From NCBI RefSeq assembly GCF_006345805.1, contig NC_042998.1, positions 140,058,001 through 140,122,000 on the forward strand: a DNA stretch of 64,000 bases, read 5' to 3'. The translations under genes were made by a program, and so were the position numbers. Numbering within the stretch: position 1 is the stretch's first letter; every line of letters starts with the position of its first letter. Positions 13,738 through 26,819 of the stretch are shown here, piece by piece. The DNA comes from Octopus sinensis. Its lineage: Eukaryota. The notes beneath the pieces were generated by a model that worked only from the letters and a program-made list of their open reading frames with translations, did no database searches and had not been told where the DNA came from.

Positions 13738-14150
13738 CATTTCTCATAACTTTTGAAATCTGTATATTTTCACATAACTTTTTGAAAACTGAATATTTCT
13801 ATCATGAAATTTTTTATGAATATGTTTCAGGTGATATAGATTATATAATAATTTATTGTGAAAAATTTTTCGGAGATTAGGGTGGGGGTGTGGACTAAAA
13901 AATTTTAGATAACTCACACACCTCAAAAATTTTTTTCCTCATAACTTTTAGAAAGTGAGCATTTTTTAATGAATTTTTCTACAAATACTTTTCAGATGAT
14001 GTAGATTATGGTTATATTAGAATTTGTTGGGAAAATTGGGTGGAGAGAGGTCGGAAGGAAGAGGAGTTTTGAATAATTCATATACTTTAATGACTTTGTT
14101 GCCTCATAACTTTCATGCTTTGTTGATGTAGAAGACAATTATGTTGAAAA
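13738..14150. repeat. Degenerate tandem repeat, ~170-190 bp period
   Basis: Recurring ctcataactttt...ttttcag(g/a)tgat(a/g)tagattat...gggtgg modules starting near 13745, 13938 and 14102. Confidence 0.45.
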
Positions 14151-14295
14151 AGAAAAAAAAAAAACTTCTGAAGACTATTCCACACTTTCTCTTCTGGAAT
14201 TTTTAAATGAATATCTTTTAATAAAATAAAATTCTCCAGAGGTACTGGCTTAATTTCAAGGAAGAAAAATTTTCTGATGTGAATTTCTTGGTATG

Positions 14296-14564
14296 TGTTG
14301 TGATGAGAGTTACAATGCCCCCTTGCAAGAGATAGACTGGTCCAAGTAAAGTATAAATAGTAATGATCCAAGTGAGTTCAAGGTTCAGAGTTCAGAGTTG
14401 AGTGAAGTTTGTGTTAGTTCACAGTGAAGTAGGACGGTGTCATTTGGTTAGTTCACAAAGACATATTGATCGTTGGTTCATGAAGAGATTTGTGAGTTTG
14501 TTACATTATTTTTACTGTTGTCTTGCTATCTTATTTTTTGTACTTAACAAAGTACGTTACAACA
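14296..14564 (+). mobile_element. 5' LTR (269 bp) of a Ty3/Gypsy element
   Basis: Starts TGTTGT and ends ACAACA (terminal inverted repeat). TATA-like tataaata at 14352-59. Followed by PBS-like TGGTGATGAGG and a gag start. Confidence 0.75.
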
Positions 14565-16745
14565 TTTGGTGATGAGGGTTTTGAAGCTCACGTAGGTTAT
14601 CTAACAATTTGTTCTTGATACAATTTGTTAAATAATGGAAGACCTATTAGCTTCCATAGTACAGATGCAAAAGCAACAAGAGCAACAGGAATTGCAGAAG
14701 CAACTTTTACAGCAACAACTATAACAACAACAATTATTGGAGCTATATTCAAACTAGTTCAAAAATGAGGAAACCTATGTTAAGAAAAACAATGAAATCT
14801 GCTTGTAGTGTGATGGGTGACAAATTACATTTCTTAGGTGAAATGTGTGACTAATGTCACATTTTGAGGAAAAACATGCAAGGCAAACGACTTTGTTGTT
14901 AAAAATGCAACTGATCTGTTTGGTACCAATCGATTAGAATTATTCAATTTATGGGACCTCCCCATAAGTCTCTATTGTAAAAACGTAATATGATTGTCCC
15001 TCTAAATATAATTCATCTGAAGAATTAGAGAAAATTTTTGATAATGTTTCTGCAAGTACTCTTGGACAAAGTAGGTCTATGCACAAAGACTGAAGCGTAT
15101 TTTGAATTAGATGATAACATTACACCTGTGTTCAAGCCTAATAGGAAAGTGCCTTTTTGTGGTAATAAAGCAAGTGGACGATGAGTTGGACAGAGTGGAA
15201 AAAACAGAAGCATTGAAAAAGTGGATTACATGAAATGGGAAGCTCTGACTGTATGTATAAAAAAGAAAAATAACGAAATTAGGTTGTGTGCTGACCCCAG
15301 AAGATATTTTTACAAAAATAAACGGAAAAAAAATATTTTCAAAACTCAATCTGTCTGACTCATGTCTTCAAATCAAAGTAGATAAAAAAGACTCAAAGTT
15401 GTTAACAGTCACACACAGAGGTATATGCTAATACAATAGACTACCTTTTGAACTGAAGGTAGCACCTGCAATATTTCAACAGGTGATGGACCTGATGTTG
15501 GCAGACTATCAATTTGCTATTCCTTACCTTGATGATGTGTTAATCAAAAGCCAATCACAGAATAAGCATATCGAATACATGAAGTGTGTCTTTAAAAAAA
15601 TGAAGGATTATGGTTTCACAATCAGTGAAGAGAAGTGTGAACTCTTTTTGCCTAAACTCTTTTTGCCTAGGTCAAATCATAGATAAGAATGGAAGACGTT
15701 CTGACCCATCAACGACAGACACAATCAGGTTAATTCCCAAGAGCATGAAACCACTAGAAGAGACTGTGATAGCATCATTGCAGTCAGTAAATGAACTAAG
15801 GAGTATTGTGTGTAATATAATCTAGGAACTGCCGGTGACAGCACATGATATAAAAATGAAATCTGTAGAGGATAGGTACATTACAAGAATGAAAGAAATA
15901 TTGAAAAATAAGCATGATAAAAATACAAATTCAAATAATTTCTCAATATGCAACGCTGTTTTAATGTATGGCAGAGTGTAATAGTACCAAGTGCACTACC
16001 GAAATGAATATTGCAATAATTCTACTGTGGGTACCCGTGAATATCCAGAATGAAAGCTATGAGGAGGAGCTTTGTATATTGGCTGATTATGGAGAGGGAC
16101 ATTGAGAAATTGGTGAAAGCATGTAGAAGTTGTGCATTGGCAACCAAAGCACTACCAGTAAAATACCAATTGTGGCTGGTGACTGAGAGACCATGGTCCA
16201 GGATACATATCGACTATGCTGGACCAGTGAACGGCACATACTATCTAATCATTGTGGATAGCTAAAAAAAGTAATCAGACATATGCAGATGTAATAAACC
16301 TACAGCAAAGACAACAGTAAAGTTCCTACTCAGGTTATTTGCTTGGTACAGTGTTTCAGATAATGGAACACAATTCACAGGATATGAATTAAGAAATTTC
16401 TGCAAAATATATGCCATAAAGCACATCTGTACCCTGCTGTACCGCCCAAGGTCAAATGGGCAGGTGGAAGGTTAGTCAACATGTTCAAAAGAGCTCTAAG
16501 AAAAGCTAGAAGCAAGTTAGATAATGATGAGACACTAACAAAATTTTGAAAGTATATAGAATAAAGCCAAATCCAAATGCTAATTCAGGAAAGTCACCAG
16601 CAGAGTTAATGTTCATGCATAAAATAAAATTGATCCTTGATAAATTATTGCCAGGAAAAAATACATATAAAGGAAAGACAAAAAATACATTTGAAGGAAA
16701 TACAAGAAATATCACAAAACATTTTGAAGTAGGAGATAAATACTA
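14565..16745 (+). pseudogene. Decayed Gypsy (Mag/K02A2.6-like) gag-pol with large internal deletions
   Basis: Gag start MEDLLASIVQMQKQQEQ (14635). Pol motifs GLCTKTEAYFEL..PVFKPNRKVPF, RT APAIFQQVMD...IPYLDDVLI, integrase VKACRSC...RPWSRIHIDYAGP and SDNGTQFTG. Many stops and frameshifts; no 3' LTR seen. Confidence 0.85.
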
Positions 16746-17469
16746 CACTACCCCCAGTCATTGAGAAGGTCTTGTTTCACCAGTTTAGTTGGTGACCTCA
16801 CTATTGCCAGAGGCTCAAAAAACAAAAAAAAACATTCAGTACATTTTGTAAAGTGGTTGACATTAGGAAGGGCATCCAGCCATAGAAGTCATGCCAAAAC
16901 AGACAATGATGCATGATGCAGTTTTTGGTCCTGTCGGATCCAATCAAACTGTTCAACCCACATCAGCAAGGAAGATAGACATTAAATGATGATGATGATG
17001 ATGATATGTTTGTGTGGATGTGTGTGTGTACATGCCTTGAGTTAGGAGTAAATAACTGAGTCAGTTTTGGATGATTGCTATTTGCTGAAGGTGTAGCTGT
17101 AATATATATTTAATTATTATACACAGTCATGTATTAACTGCAGTATCAGAAAAATATGAAGGAATATAGAGAAAAAAATTCATATTTTGCTCCATAAAAT
17201 GAGATTTAATAAAATACAATATGAATATTGAATAAAGTACCATACAAACTGTAAGTGAAAATTTTTGAAAAGGAATATATTCTGAATTATTGCAGAAAGC
17301 CCCTCAGCCAAGTTTTCCCAATTGTTGTCATTTTAAATAAATATTTAACAACACATATCTAAGAAGAAGGTACACAAGTCTTCATATAGTTATTTTATAG
17401 CATTCCTGGTAATTTGTATGGAGTGAAGATGGGGGGGGGGAATATAATTAGACAACATTCTTGTCCACA

Positions 17470-17514
<45 letters not shown>

Positions 17515-18453
17515 TATTATTATTATTGTTGTTGTGTTGTTGTTGTTATAGCATGATGATATGTATAATGCATAGAATTATGACTAGTCCCCTACCATTT
17601 GGAATTAAACAGCAAGATTTCGGAAAATGTCCCCAGAGATAAAAAGCTGTCAATCAACAAGAAATTGCACATGTTTCAGACTTCGTTTGTATAAATGAAC
17701 AAAAGTCATTTCACACGCGCACACACACACACACAGAGAAAGAGAGAGAGGTAGATAGATAATAAGTATTTGTGATTTTATGTGTGTATATATATGAATA
17801 CATGTGTGTGTATGTAAGCATATGTATGTAATTATTGATAAATAGATAGATATATCAATATTGTATTTGTGATTTTATATAATGTGTGTATGCATATATG
17901 TATGTGTGTGTGTGTGTGTATATATATATATACACACACACACACATATATATGATAGAAATTACTTGTGATTCCAGCATGTTTTGTTAATTCAGTTTCT
18001 GATGGGGCGGGGCTAAGAGATATAAAAATTATTGCAATTCACTTTTCAGAAAATAAATAAACAAACAAAATGTACTGAAGTGAAAAAGAAAAAATCTAGG
18101 GGATGAGGTAGGGATACATTTATGCTCAATGGATGTCATTAGCAATGAACTAATTTGAAACTATTTAATTGTAGTATTTTTCACATATCAGCAAAATGTA
18201 GCCAAGAAAAGATTACCTCCATCATGACGGCAGTGGCTGTGGTAGTTAAAGTATCAGTGAAAGTGGTGGTTGGTTGGGTGATTATTGTTGCATTGGTTAG
18301 GAAGAGCGCTAAGAGAAGCAGAGTAACTACAGTAGAAAATGAGGAAGCAAAATGGCTGGAAGCTAGTGAAAGTGAAGGCAATATTTGATAGCAATAATTT
18401 CCATAATGATATCCTGAATGACAGAAATACTAACAACAATTACAACAATAAAG

Positions 18454-18502
<49 letters not shown>

Positions 18503-18709
18503 ACTGTGCCAATGACTAAAAGAGTGACAATATTGCTATTGATGCTTTTAATAGCTACCAAATTTGATCTCTTCAATGATGACTGTGCCAAGGAGGAAAA
18601 CTAAAATGTTTTCCTTTTCCCCTCTCCATAACTGCTTTATTTTGTGAGGGTCATGGTGTAGTTATTGAACAGATCAAATTGAAATTACTTTTAGATATCA
18701 TAAATCTCA

Positions 18710-18745
<36 letters not shown>

Positions 18746-18763
18746 GTGTGTGTGTGTGTGTAT

Positions 18764-19050
18764 GCAGGATGGGGCAGAGAGGACAGACATTTTTGAAAAA
18801 ATCATGAATTTTAGCTGCAAACAAATTTTATTGACATCAGTGTGTTCGTATTGAATTAGCATTTGTCAAAATCAAGCGTGGAAAACAACATCCATCATGC
18901 AGTGTCCATCTTCATTGATGCTTTTCTGAAGGTGTTCTTGGAAGTTGGCCTCCACTCTCTCCAGCATTGCTCTGTGCATAGTCCCATGGTTTCAGCTGTT
19001 GCCCAATGACCAATTTGTATGGGTGGAAATGCAGGTCTTCATGCAATATA
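18764..19050 (-). mobile_element. Internally deleted mariner-like element (maT/rosa-type transposase fragments)
   Basis: Minus-strand peptides EDLHFHPYKLVIGQQLKPWDYAQ fused to a C-terminus MLERVEANFQEHLQKSINEDGHCMMDVVFHA*. TIR-like caggatggggcagagaggacagacatttttgaa at the left end. Confidence 0.5.
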
Positions 19051-19775
19051 GGCCTTACTGATTGATTACCGATGCCAACTGGTGTCACATAAGAAGGACT
19101 GATGCTGGTGCTACATAAAAAGCACTGATGCTGGTGTCACATAAAAAGCACTGATGCTGGTTGGATGGTCTGACTGAAAACTGGTAAACTGGGGAGCTGC
19201 ACCAGGTTTCAATCTGATTTGGCATAGTTTCTATGGCTGGAATTCTTTCCTAACAGCAACCACTCCATGAGTGTAGTGGGTGCTTTTTATGTGCCTGTTA
19301 CATACCACTGGCATCTGCCACAACTATGACTTCACTTGGCTTGACAGGTCTTCTTAAGCACAGTATATTGCCAAAGGTCTCAATCACTTGTCACTGTCTC
19401 TGTGAGGCCCAACATTCAAATGGTGCTTTTTATGTGCCACCAGCATGAGTACCAGTTATGCGACACTGGCAACAACCACAGATTCACTCTTTTACTACTG
19501 GTCTTCAAATCCATTCTGCAAATATCTTTCCTGCTGACTGTACTGTCATTAAAGTTAAAACCATATCTGATATGGTTCAAATTTAGAAATAATTCCTTTT
19601 AAACTTCATAGCTGTTAATGTTCTTCATACAGCTATGGATCAGTAGTATTGATTTCACAATGTTGGTTGTCCTACTGCTGCTGGTGTTTAACCTTCTGTA
19701 GCATCAAGAGATTAGATTTACTAACATAACTGATTACTAAAATGTATTTATTAATAATCATAATTATCGTTACTG

Positions 19776-19880
<105 letters not shown>

Positions 19881-20349
19881 CTTTTTGTGTAGTTTTTTAC
19901 AAGTTAAGTATGACAAACTTCTGAGCAACTTCTACTTCTATGAAACTAGAGACAGTTTAAATGTCTCGTGGATAAATAAATAAAAGAGTTTCATTAAAAC
20001 AAAAAAAACATTACTTCAAATCTAATTTCATCTAAAATATGTTGCTTATGTAAGCCGGCTGTTAGATGATAATGATGATGGAAAAAAATTATGTATTACG
20101 AAAAATATCTGATTATTTGAAATCAAAATCATTTTGCTTCAAACACATGGGATGCTCTGGTGGCAAGGGAGATAATCATTTCTCAGTAAATCTTGGCAAG
20201 ATTAGATTTTTAAACTGAACAAGGGAGAAGATACATAAAACATGCAATTTTTTCTTCTCACTCATAATAAAGATTTAAAAGTTTCTAGTCAAGTAATCAT
20301 GTATGGTGCCATTTCATTCTAATTAGAAATTATTCGTATAACATTACCT

Positions 20350-20565
20350 GAGGCTTTACCATTCAAACTGGTCATATACGGACCAAATATTCTACCTGTT
20401 TTATATTCAAACCAGCAAGATCTGGCCTCTCACACCTACCCCAAATGTTGTTCTAAAAATAAACAATCATGCCTTCGAAATCCCAAAGCTACAAGATAGT
20501 GTGTGTTTGAAACAATATGAATAAATAAGCATTGGATTTGATAGAGTTATCCAAATGCTAAAGGA
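20350..20565. mobile_element. TTAA MITE (piggyBac-type), family 1, degraded copy
   Basis: Homologous to 20580-20799; right end atgctaaagga|ttaa. Confidence 0.65.
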
Positions 20566-20579
20566 TTAAACTAAATTAA

Positions 20580-20799
20580 CCTTTTAGCATCAAAACCAGC
20601 CATATCTGATCCAAATATTCTACCTGCTTTATGTTCAAATCAGCTAGATCTAGTCTTTCACACCTACTTTACAATGTCATTCAAAAAATAAAGAAATACA
20701 TCATTGAAATCTCATAGCTATAAGATTATGCATGATAAATTCAACACAATATGAATAAATGAACATTACATTTGACAGAGGAATCTGAATGCTAAAGAG
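20580..20799. mobile_element. TTAA MITE (piggyBac-type), family 1 (220 bp)
   Basis: TTAA|ccttttagcatc...gaatgctaaagag|TTAA, i.e. TIRs and a TTAA duplication. Confidence 0.8.
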
Positions 20800-20924
20800 T
20801 TAAACATTCTACAAAGCAAAATGTTTCTTTTAGGTGGAAAATAATTATAGTTTAGAAGACATTCACGGAATGTGTTTTCTTTTCTTTTTCTCCAAGGATG
20901 ATGATCATCTTTATTGTTTTACAT

Positions 20925-21086
20925 ATAGGCATAGGAGTGGCTGTGTGGTAAGTAGCTTGCTTATCAACCACATGGTTCCGGGTTCAGTCCCACTGTGTGG
21001 CACCTTGGGCAAGTGTCTTCTACTATAGCCTCAGGCTGACCAAAGTCTTGTGAGTGGATTTGATGGACGGAAACTGAAAGAAGCCC

Positions 21087-21134
<48 letters not shown>

Positions 21135-21305
21135 TGTGTGTGTGTCTATGTTTGTCCCCCCAGCATCACTTGACAACCGATGCTGGTGTGTTTATGTCCC
21201 CATAACTTAGCAGTTCGGCAAAAGGGACCAATAGAATAAATACTAGGCTTACAAAGAATAAGTCCTGGCCACAGTCAAATGACTGAAACAAGTAAAAGAG
21301 TGAAA
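20925..21305 (+). mobile_element. SINE family A
   Basis: Complete head, (TG)n body and tail. Confidence 0.85.
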
Positions 21306-24300
21306 GGAGTATCTACTTTCCATGTTAGTATGGGTTGGATGGGTCATCAAAGCCCAAGTTGATTTTCATGTGGTGTTATTGCTCTTGATCAGAGGACCCT
21401 GTCTTGTTTGTACACTTAAGTTTTGGCATATTTTTACAGCTGGACACCATTCCTATCACCAGTGTTTTATATCATATACCATGACATTTGGAAATCTATT
21501 TCAAGCCAATCCATTTCTGTAAATGTACATTACCATTTACTTATTTCAGTCATTGGATTGTGGCCAAGTTGGGGCGATGCCCTAAAGGGTTTAGTCCAAC
21601 AAATTGACTTCAGTACTTATATATATGATAAGCCTCTATGCATATTCCGTCAAACAAATTCACTTACAAGGCATTGGTCAGTGCAGTGTTATAGTAGAGA
21701 CACTTGCCCAAGGTACCATGCAGTGAGACTGAACCTGATACCACATGACTGCAAAAGTGATCTTAACCACACAGTCATGAACTCTATCATTGTGTCCAAT
21801 GAATAAGCACATTTCCTATATATATACTTAAACATGGATGTTTCGTTAAGAGGGAAATAAATCCCCACCATCTGCAGTGTTGAGACCACCAGCTCACATG
21901 ACTTCAACTTTCTTTGTCCTCATGAATGATGAATGCTCGTCCACTAGAGGTAGCAGCAACTTATCTCCTTGCCAGCAATATATAGTAAATCAGTACCAGA
22001 ACAGGTACTGGTGTCACTATTAGCCAGTTAGTTTGTCAAAAAATATATATTAGTGACAGAAGTAGTTTTAATAGTGGGAGATAATATTTATCCCCACTTG
22101 AATGTGGATGTTTTGTTAGAACAAGCTATACTGTGGTAGATATGAGAGAAACTCTTTTACTGGTTTTTAGTGTGAAATGTACTCTTGTTTACATCACTAG
22201 CAGGGAGATAAATCCCTGCCATCTCCAGTACTGAGACCACTAGATCACGAGATTTCAACCTTGTTTGGTCTTGTCAAGGATGGACACTTGATCATGAGAG
22301 ACAGCAGCAACTCATCTCCTTGCCTGTGATGTATAGAATGACAGTGCTAGAACAGGCGCTGATATCATGATTTGCCAATGTTCTTACTCTTCACTGTCAA
22401 CACAGACAAATCACTTAGAGCTCTCCACTATTTTCTATTTTCTCTCTACTACAGTAATTCCTAACATGGAGCATATGCCCCACTGGTGGGGTCTGGGAAA
22501 ATTGTGCTGAGACATGGTACCATAGTCGTCAGACACAAGTTTCTCTTTAAAGTGATTCACTTTTTTTTTTCTTAGTCAAGAACCATAAAAGCACCCATGC
22601 AGTTCCATGTAAAAGTACCCAGCACACTCTGTAATTTGGTTGGTGTTAAGAAGGGCATCCAACTGTAGAAATCATGCCAAATCAGACTGGAGTCTGGTGC
22701 AGCTCTCCAGCTTGTCAGCTCTGGTTAAACCATCCAACCCATGCCAGCATGGACAATGGATGTTAAATGATGATGATGATGATAATGATGATGAATAATG
22801 TGCTTTTTTTTGTAGTCAGTACTTAATAAAGGAGTTTCCAGTAGAATTTCTTTTGTATTAAATAATTGTGATAAAATATTGAAAATAATGTTGGTTTTTG
22901 ACAACTGCCAGTGGAGCATACATTTTTGTGGAAAGTTATAGTGTGGACTGGAAGAAAATAGGTGGGAGGGCACTGTTCTGCTGCTTAAGTTTTTTGGCCA
23001 TCAGGTTTGCCAAATTCTTTAGTCTTTATGAAGGTGCATGTTTAGATGTGAGTTGCAGCATGGATAAGTGGGCATTAATACAATGATGGTGATGATGAAT
23101 GGCCAAATGTACAGACTTTAGAACAAAAAGTATTCTATCCAAACTGAGCATTGCTCCCATACTTGGCATGGCACTAATTTTGATGACCAGTAGCATAGGC
23201 AAGATTCTTAAGATAGAAAATTGTTGTGCTTTTTCTCACTTCTACTTTTATGATAAATTCTGGCCTTTTGAATTTTCTACACACCAACCTCATCTTGAAC
23301 TTACGCAATACATTGGCTTCTCTGCTTGTAATCCTAATGTGTGTCTTTTTCTATAAACCCCAGCTTAAATATTACATGCAGTCACTTACTCCAAGGACCT
23401 CTGCTCTATGGGTTTTCCATTCCTTCTTAGATCTTCCTTACATTATGCAAACCTCCAACTCATCAAGCTCCATATAGCATAGAATAAACAGGCCTATTTC
23501 CCTCGACATCTCCATAAAGTAAAACCTCTCCTTCTTGGACATGATAAAATAACAATGCACAAAGAAATATCCATATGCATACCATTTCATCATATCTCAT
23601 TGTCCATATCACAAAATGGTTTGTTTTGTTGGGTGAGGAGAGTGGGGGGGACAGTTCTTGGAGTTTTTTTTTCTTTGCTTGTTTATTATTTTTTTTTGTT
23701 TCTTTCCCCCGTATAATTTTGTGTAAGAACCGCAAAATGGCTTTTCATATAATTTTGCAATGTTTATGACTCCTTAAATTGAGATGTTCTAACTTCTAAG
23801 AAATATTCAATGTAATCTCAGATTTAACAACAATATATTAAAAAAAAAATCATAAAACTTTACATCAAAAAATAGTAACCAGAAAAGCTAGATTTTTTTC
23901 AGCTTTCTTTTTTGTTAGTTTCTTTTTTTTTTGGTCTTTTATTTTCTTGTGGTTGATATTATTGAAAATATGTTTGCAACACTTACTTTTTGTACTTCAC
24001 ATGTTTCTCTTTGGTAAGGGAAGATTTTTATTTATTATTATTTTTTTTTGCTTGGCAGTAAGTTTTTGGTTTTATAGAAAGAGGAAAAGGCTTTATAGTT
24101 CCTTCAGCTGCTGTGCTATCAAAGAGTAGTAAGAAATATTTCCCCATTTAAATAATATCTAGGGAAAAAACTGAGATTAGAATCAGTTCTAAAAAAAATA
24201 AAAACAAAAATAAAATAGATTATAAACACACTTGTATACTTTGTGTGTGTGTGTGTGTAGTGCTTTTTTGTGTGTCCACATATTTGACGGATTATATTCA

Positions 24301-24411
24301 AATTCCCATTTCCATATGCACACAGAAAACACATACAGCCGTGTGGTTTGTGTATATGTACATAAGTATATTATATATATATATATGTGTGTATGTATAT
24401 ATGTATGTATA

Positions 24412-24607
24412 TTGGCACAGGTGTGGCTGTGTGGATAAGAAACTTGCTTCCTAACCATGTCCTCTTAGGTTCAGTTCTATAGTCTAACACCTTGGAAAAG
24501 TGTCTTCTACTTTGCTGCTGGGCTGACCAAAAGCCTTGTGAATGGATTTGGTAGATGGGAACTGTTGTATGTATGTGTGTGTGTGTATATATATATGTGT
24601 GTGTGTG

Positions 24608-24660
<53 letters not shown>

Positions 24661-24671
24661 GTGTGTGTGTG

Positions 24672-24766
<95 letters not shown>

Positions 24767-24985
24767 TGTGTTTTATGTTTGTTGCATAAACCTACACACA
24801 CACACACACTTGACAACTGATGTTGATTTATTTGTCTTCATAACTTAGCAATTCAGCAAAAGAGACTGACAGAATAAGTACCAGACTGAAAAATAAGTCC
24901 TGGGATTGATTTGTTTGACTAAACCCTTCAAGGCTATGCCCCAGCATGGCCAGAGTCCAATGATTAAACAAGTGAATGATAAACA
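24412..24985 (+). mobile_element. SINE family A with a ~200-bp compound (TG)/(TA) expansion
   Basis: Head ggcacaggtgtggctgtgtgg; alternating TG and TA blocks at 24568-24765. Confidence 0.8.
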
Positions 24986-25124
24986 ACTATTAATATCAAT
25001 TATAAACAACATCCAGTTGTGAAATTTCAGGTGAATGATATTTAAATTTGGCCACCTCTTGGCACAACTACCTCTAGATTACTATTTCATAAAGCTCCTA
25101 TAAGGTGAAATTTGTTTTGTTTGT

Positions 25125-25666
25125 TCTTTCTCGAGCCATGCCTGGCTCATTAGGGCTGGTTTCCTTGGCGTATAGGTTCCCCACCTGAACAGGACGCCGG
25201 TCCGTTGCAGGTGAGCTGCAATATGCAAGAGGAAAGAGTGAGAGAAAGTCATGGCAAAAGAGTCAGCAGAAGTTCGCCATTACCTTCTGCCAGAGCCACG
25301 TGGAGCTTAGGTGTTTTGCTCATAAACACACACATCGCCTGGTCTGAGATTCGAACCCGCGATCCCTCAACCACGTGTCCGCTGCTCTAACCACTAGGCC
25401 ATGTGCCTCCACAAATAAATGCGCCTTTTAAAGCCTAGCTAGGCTCATGGGCCCGGTTTCTCAGTATCTATGGCGTATGTGTTCCCCAGCTGGACAGGAC
25501 ACCAATCCATCGCAGCGTTACTCACTCTTGCCAGCTGAGTGGACTGGAGCAACATGAAATGAAATGTTTTGCTCAAAAACACAACGCATTGCCTGGTCCA
25601 GGAATTGAAACCACAATCTTGTGACCATAATGCTGACACCCTAACCACTAAGCCACGCACCTCCAC
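25125..25666 (-). mobile_element. Two abutting family C-type SINEs (25413-25666 and 25125-25412)
   Basis: Two tRNA-like heads (gtggaggtgcgtggcttagtgg and gtggaggcacatggcctagtgg) with different bodies, joined with no spacer. Confidence 0.75.
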
Positions 25667-26783
25667 TATAAGGTGGAATGGTGGGGAATGAAGACTTCTG
25701 GGATTAGAACAATTCCAGTTGTTTTGCTCTTACTGACCATTGATATATAAATTCTTTGCTTCATTGAAAAAAACAGTGAAATAATTGAATCGTCATTGTT
25801 TAATGTTGATTGTTCCATGCTTGAATCAGTCAAGTGGAATTTGTTGAGGCAGATTTTTGATGGCCAGACACAGCTTCTGCCACCACCCCATGTCTGTTTG
25901 TAACCCAGGTAATATTTTTCCATAGCCAGACATGCTTTACATGGAAAACTGGGAACAAACACCTCTCTATCTTTCTATGACTGTAATGCTCATTTACAAC
26001 TAATGATGTGATATCTAGATGAGGATATGCATGAACACACACACACATACATATATTATCATCAACATTTAATGCCCATTTCCATGCTGGTAACAGAAAC
26101 TGGTAAAGCCAGGGGCTGCACCAGTTTCCATAGTTTAATTGGCTTGGTTTCAACATCCTAATGCCATCCACTTTACTAGGTGCTCTTCTATGTGGCACTT
26201 TGGTTTTAGGTTCTCAATTCGGTTGTGGTGGGTGAGTCATATATATATCTGGGCACAACAGGTTTGTTTTTGGTTTCTGTCTACAAAATCAACTCAGAAA
26301 GCTTTGGTTGGCCTGGGGCTGTAGTAAAAAAAAATGCTTGCCCAAGATGCCATGTAATGGGACTGAACCCAGGACCACGTGGTTGGGAGGCAAGCTTCTT
26401 AGCTACACTACCACACTTGTACCTAAAACCATGAAATAATATTATATCATTTTCCCCCTTCTAAACAAAGCACACAAAAGGATTATGCAAAAAGGTGTTC
26501 TGACAGATTACACCAGCTTTTTGAAATTAGGATCATCAATATCATTTGTGGCACTTGTAATATTGAACAAAAACAAAAAAATACTACAGTAAAAATATGG
26601 CACTAGATGTATAAAACCTCATTTTAGATTTTTATTCCTACACCATCATTGTTATCAGTTGACATCCCTTTTTCCATGCTGGTATGGGTTGGATGGTTTG
26701 ACATGGAGCCAAAGAAGACATTGGGGATTGGTGCAGCCCTCTGGCTCAACCACTTCAAAGTGTACTGGCTGCTTTTTAGAGGC

Positions 26784-26819
<36 letters not shown>

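Noticed and set aside
18155-18388. 77-aa V/K/E-rich ORF
   Set aside because: Degenerate GTG/GAA simple-sequence region without usable splice sites or homology.
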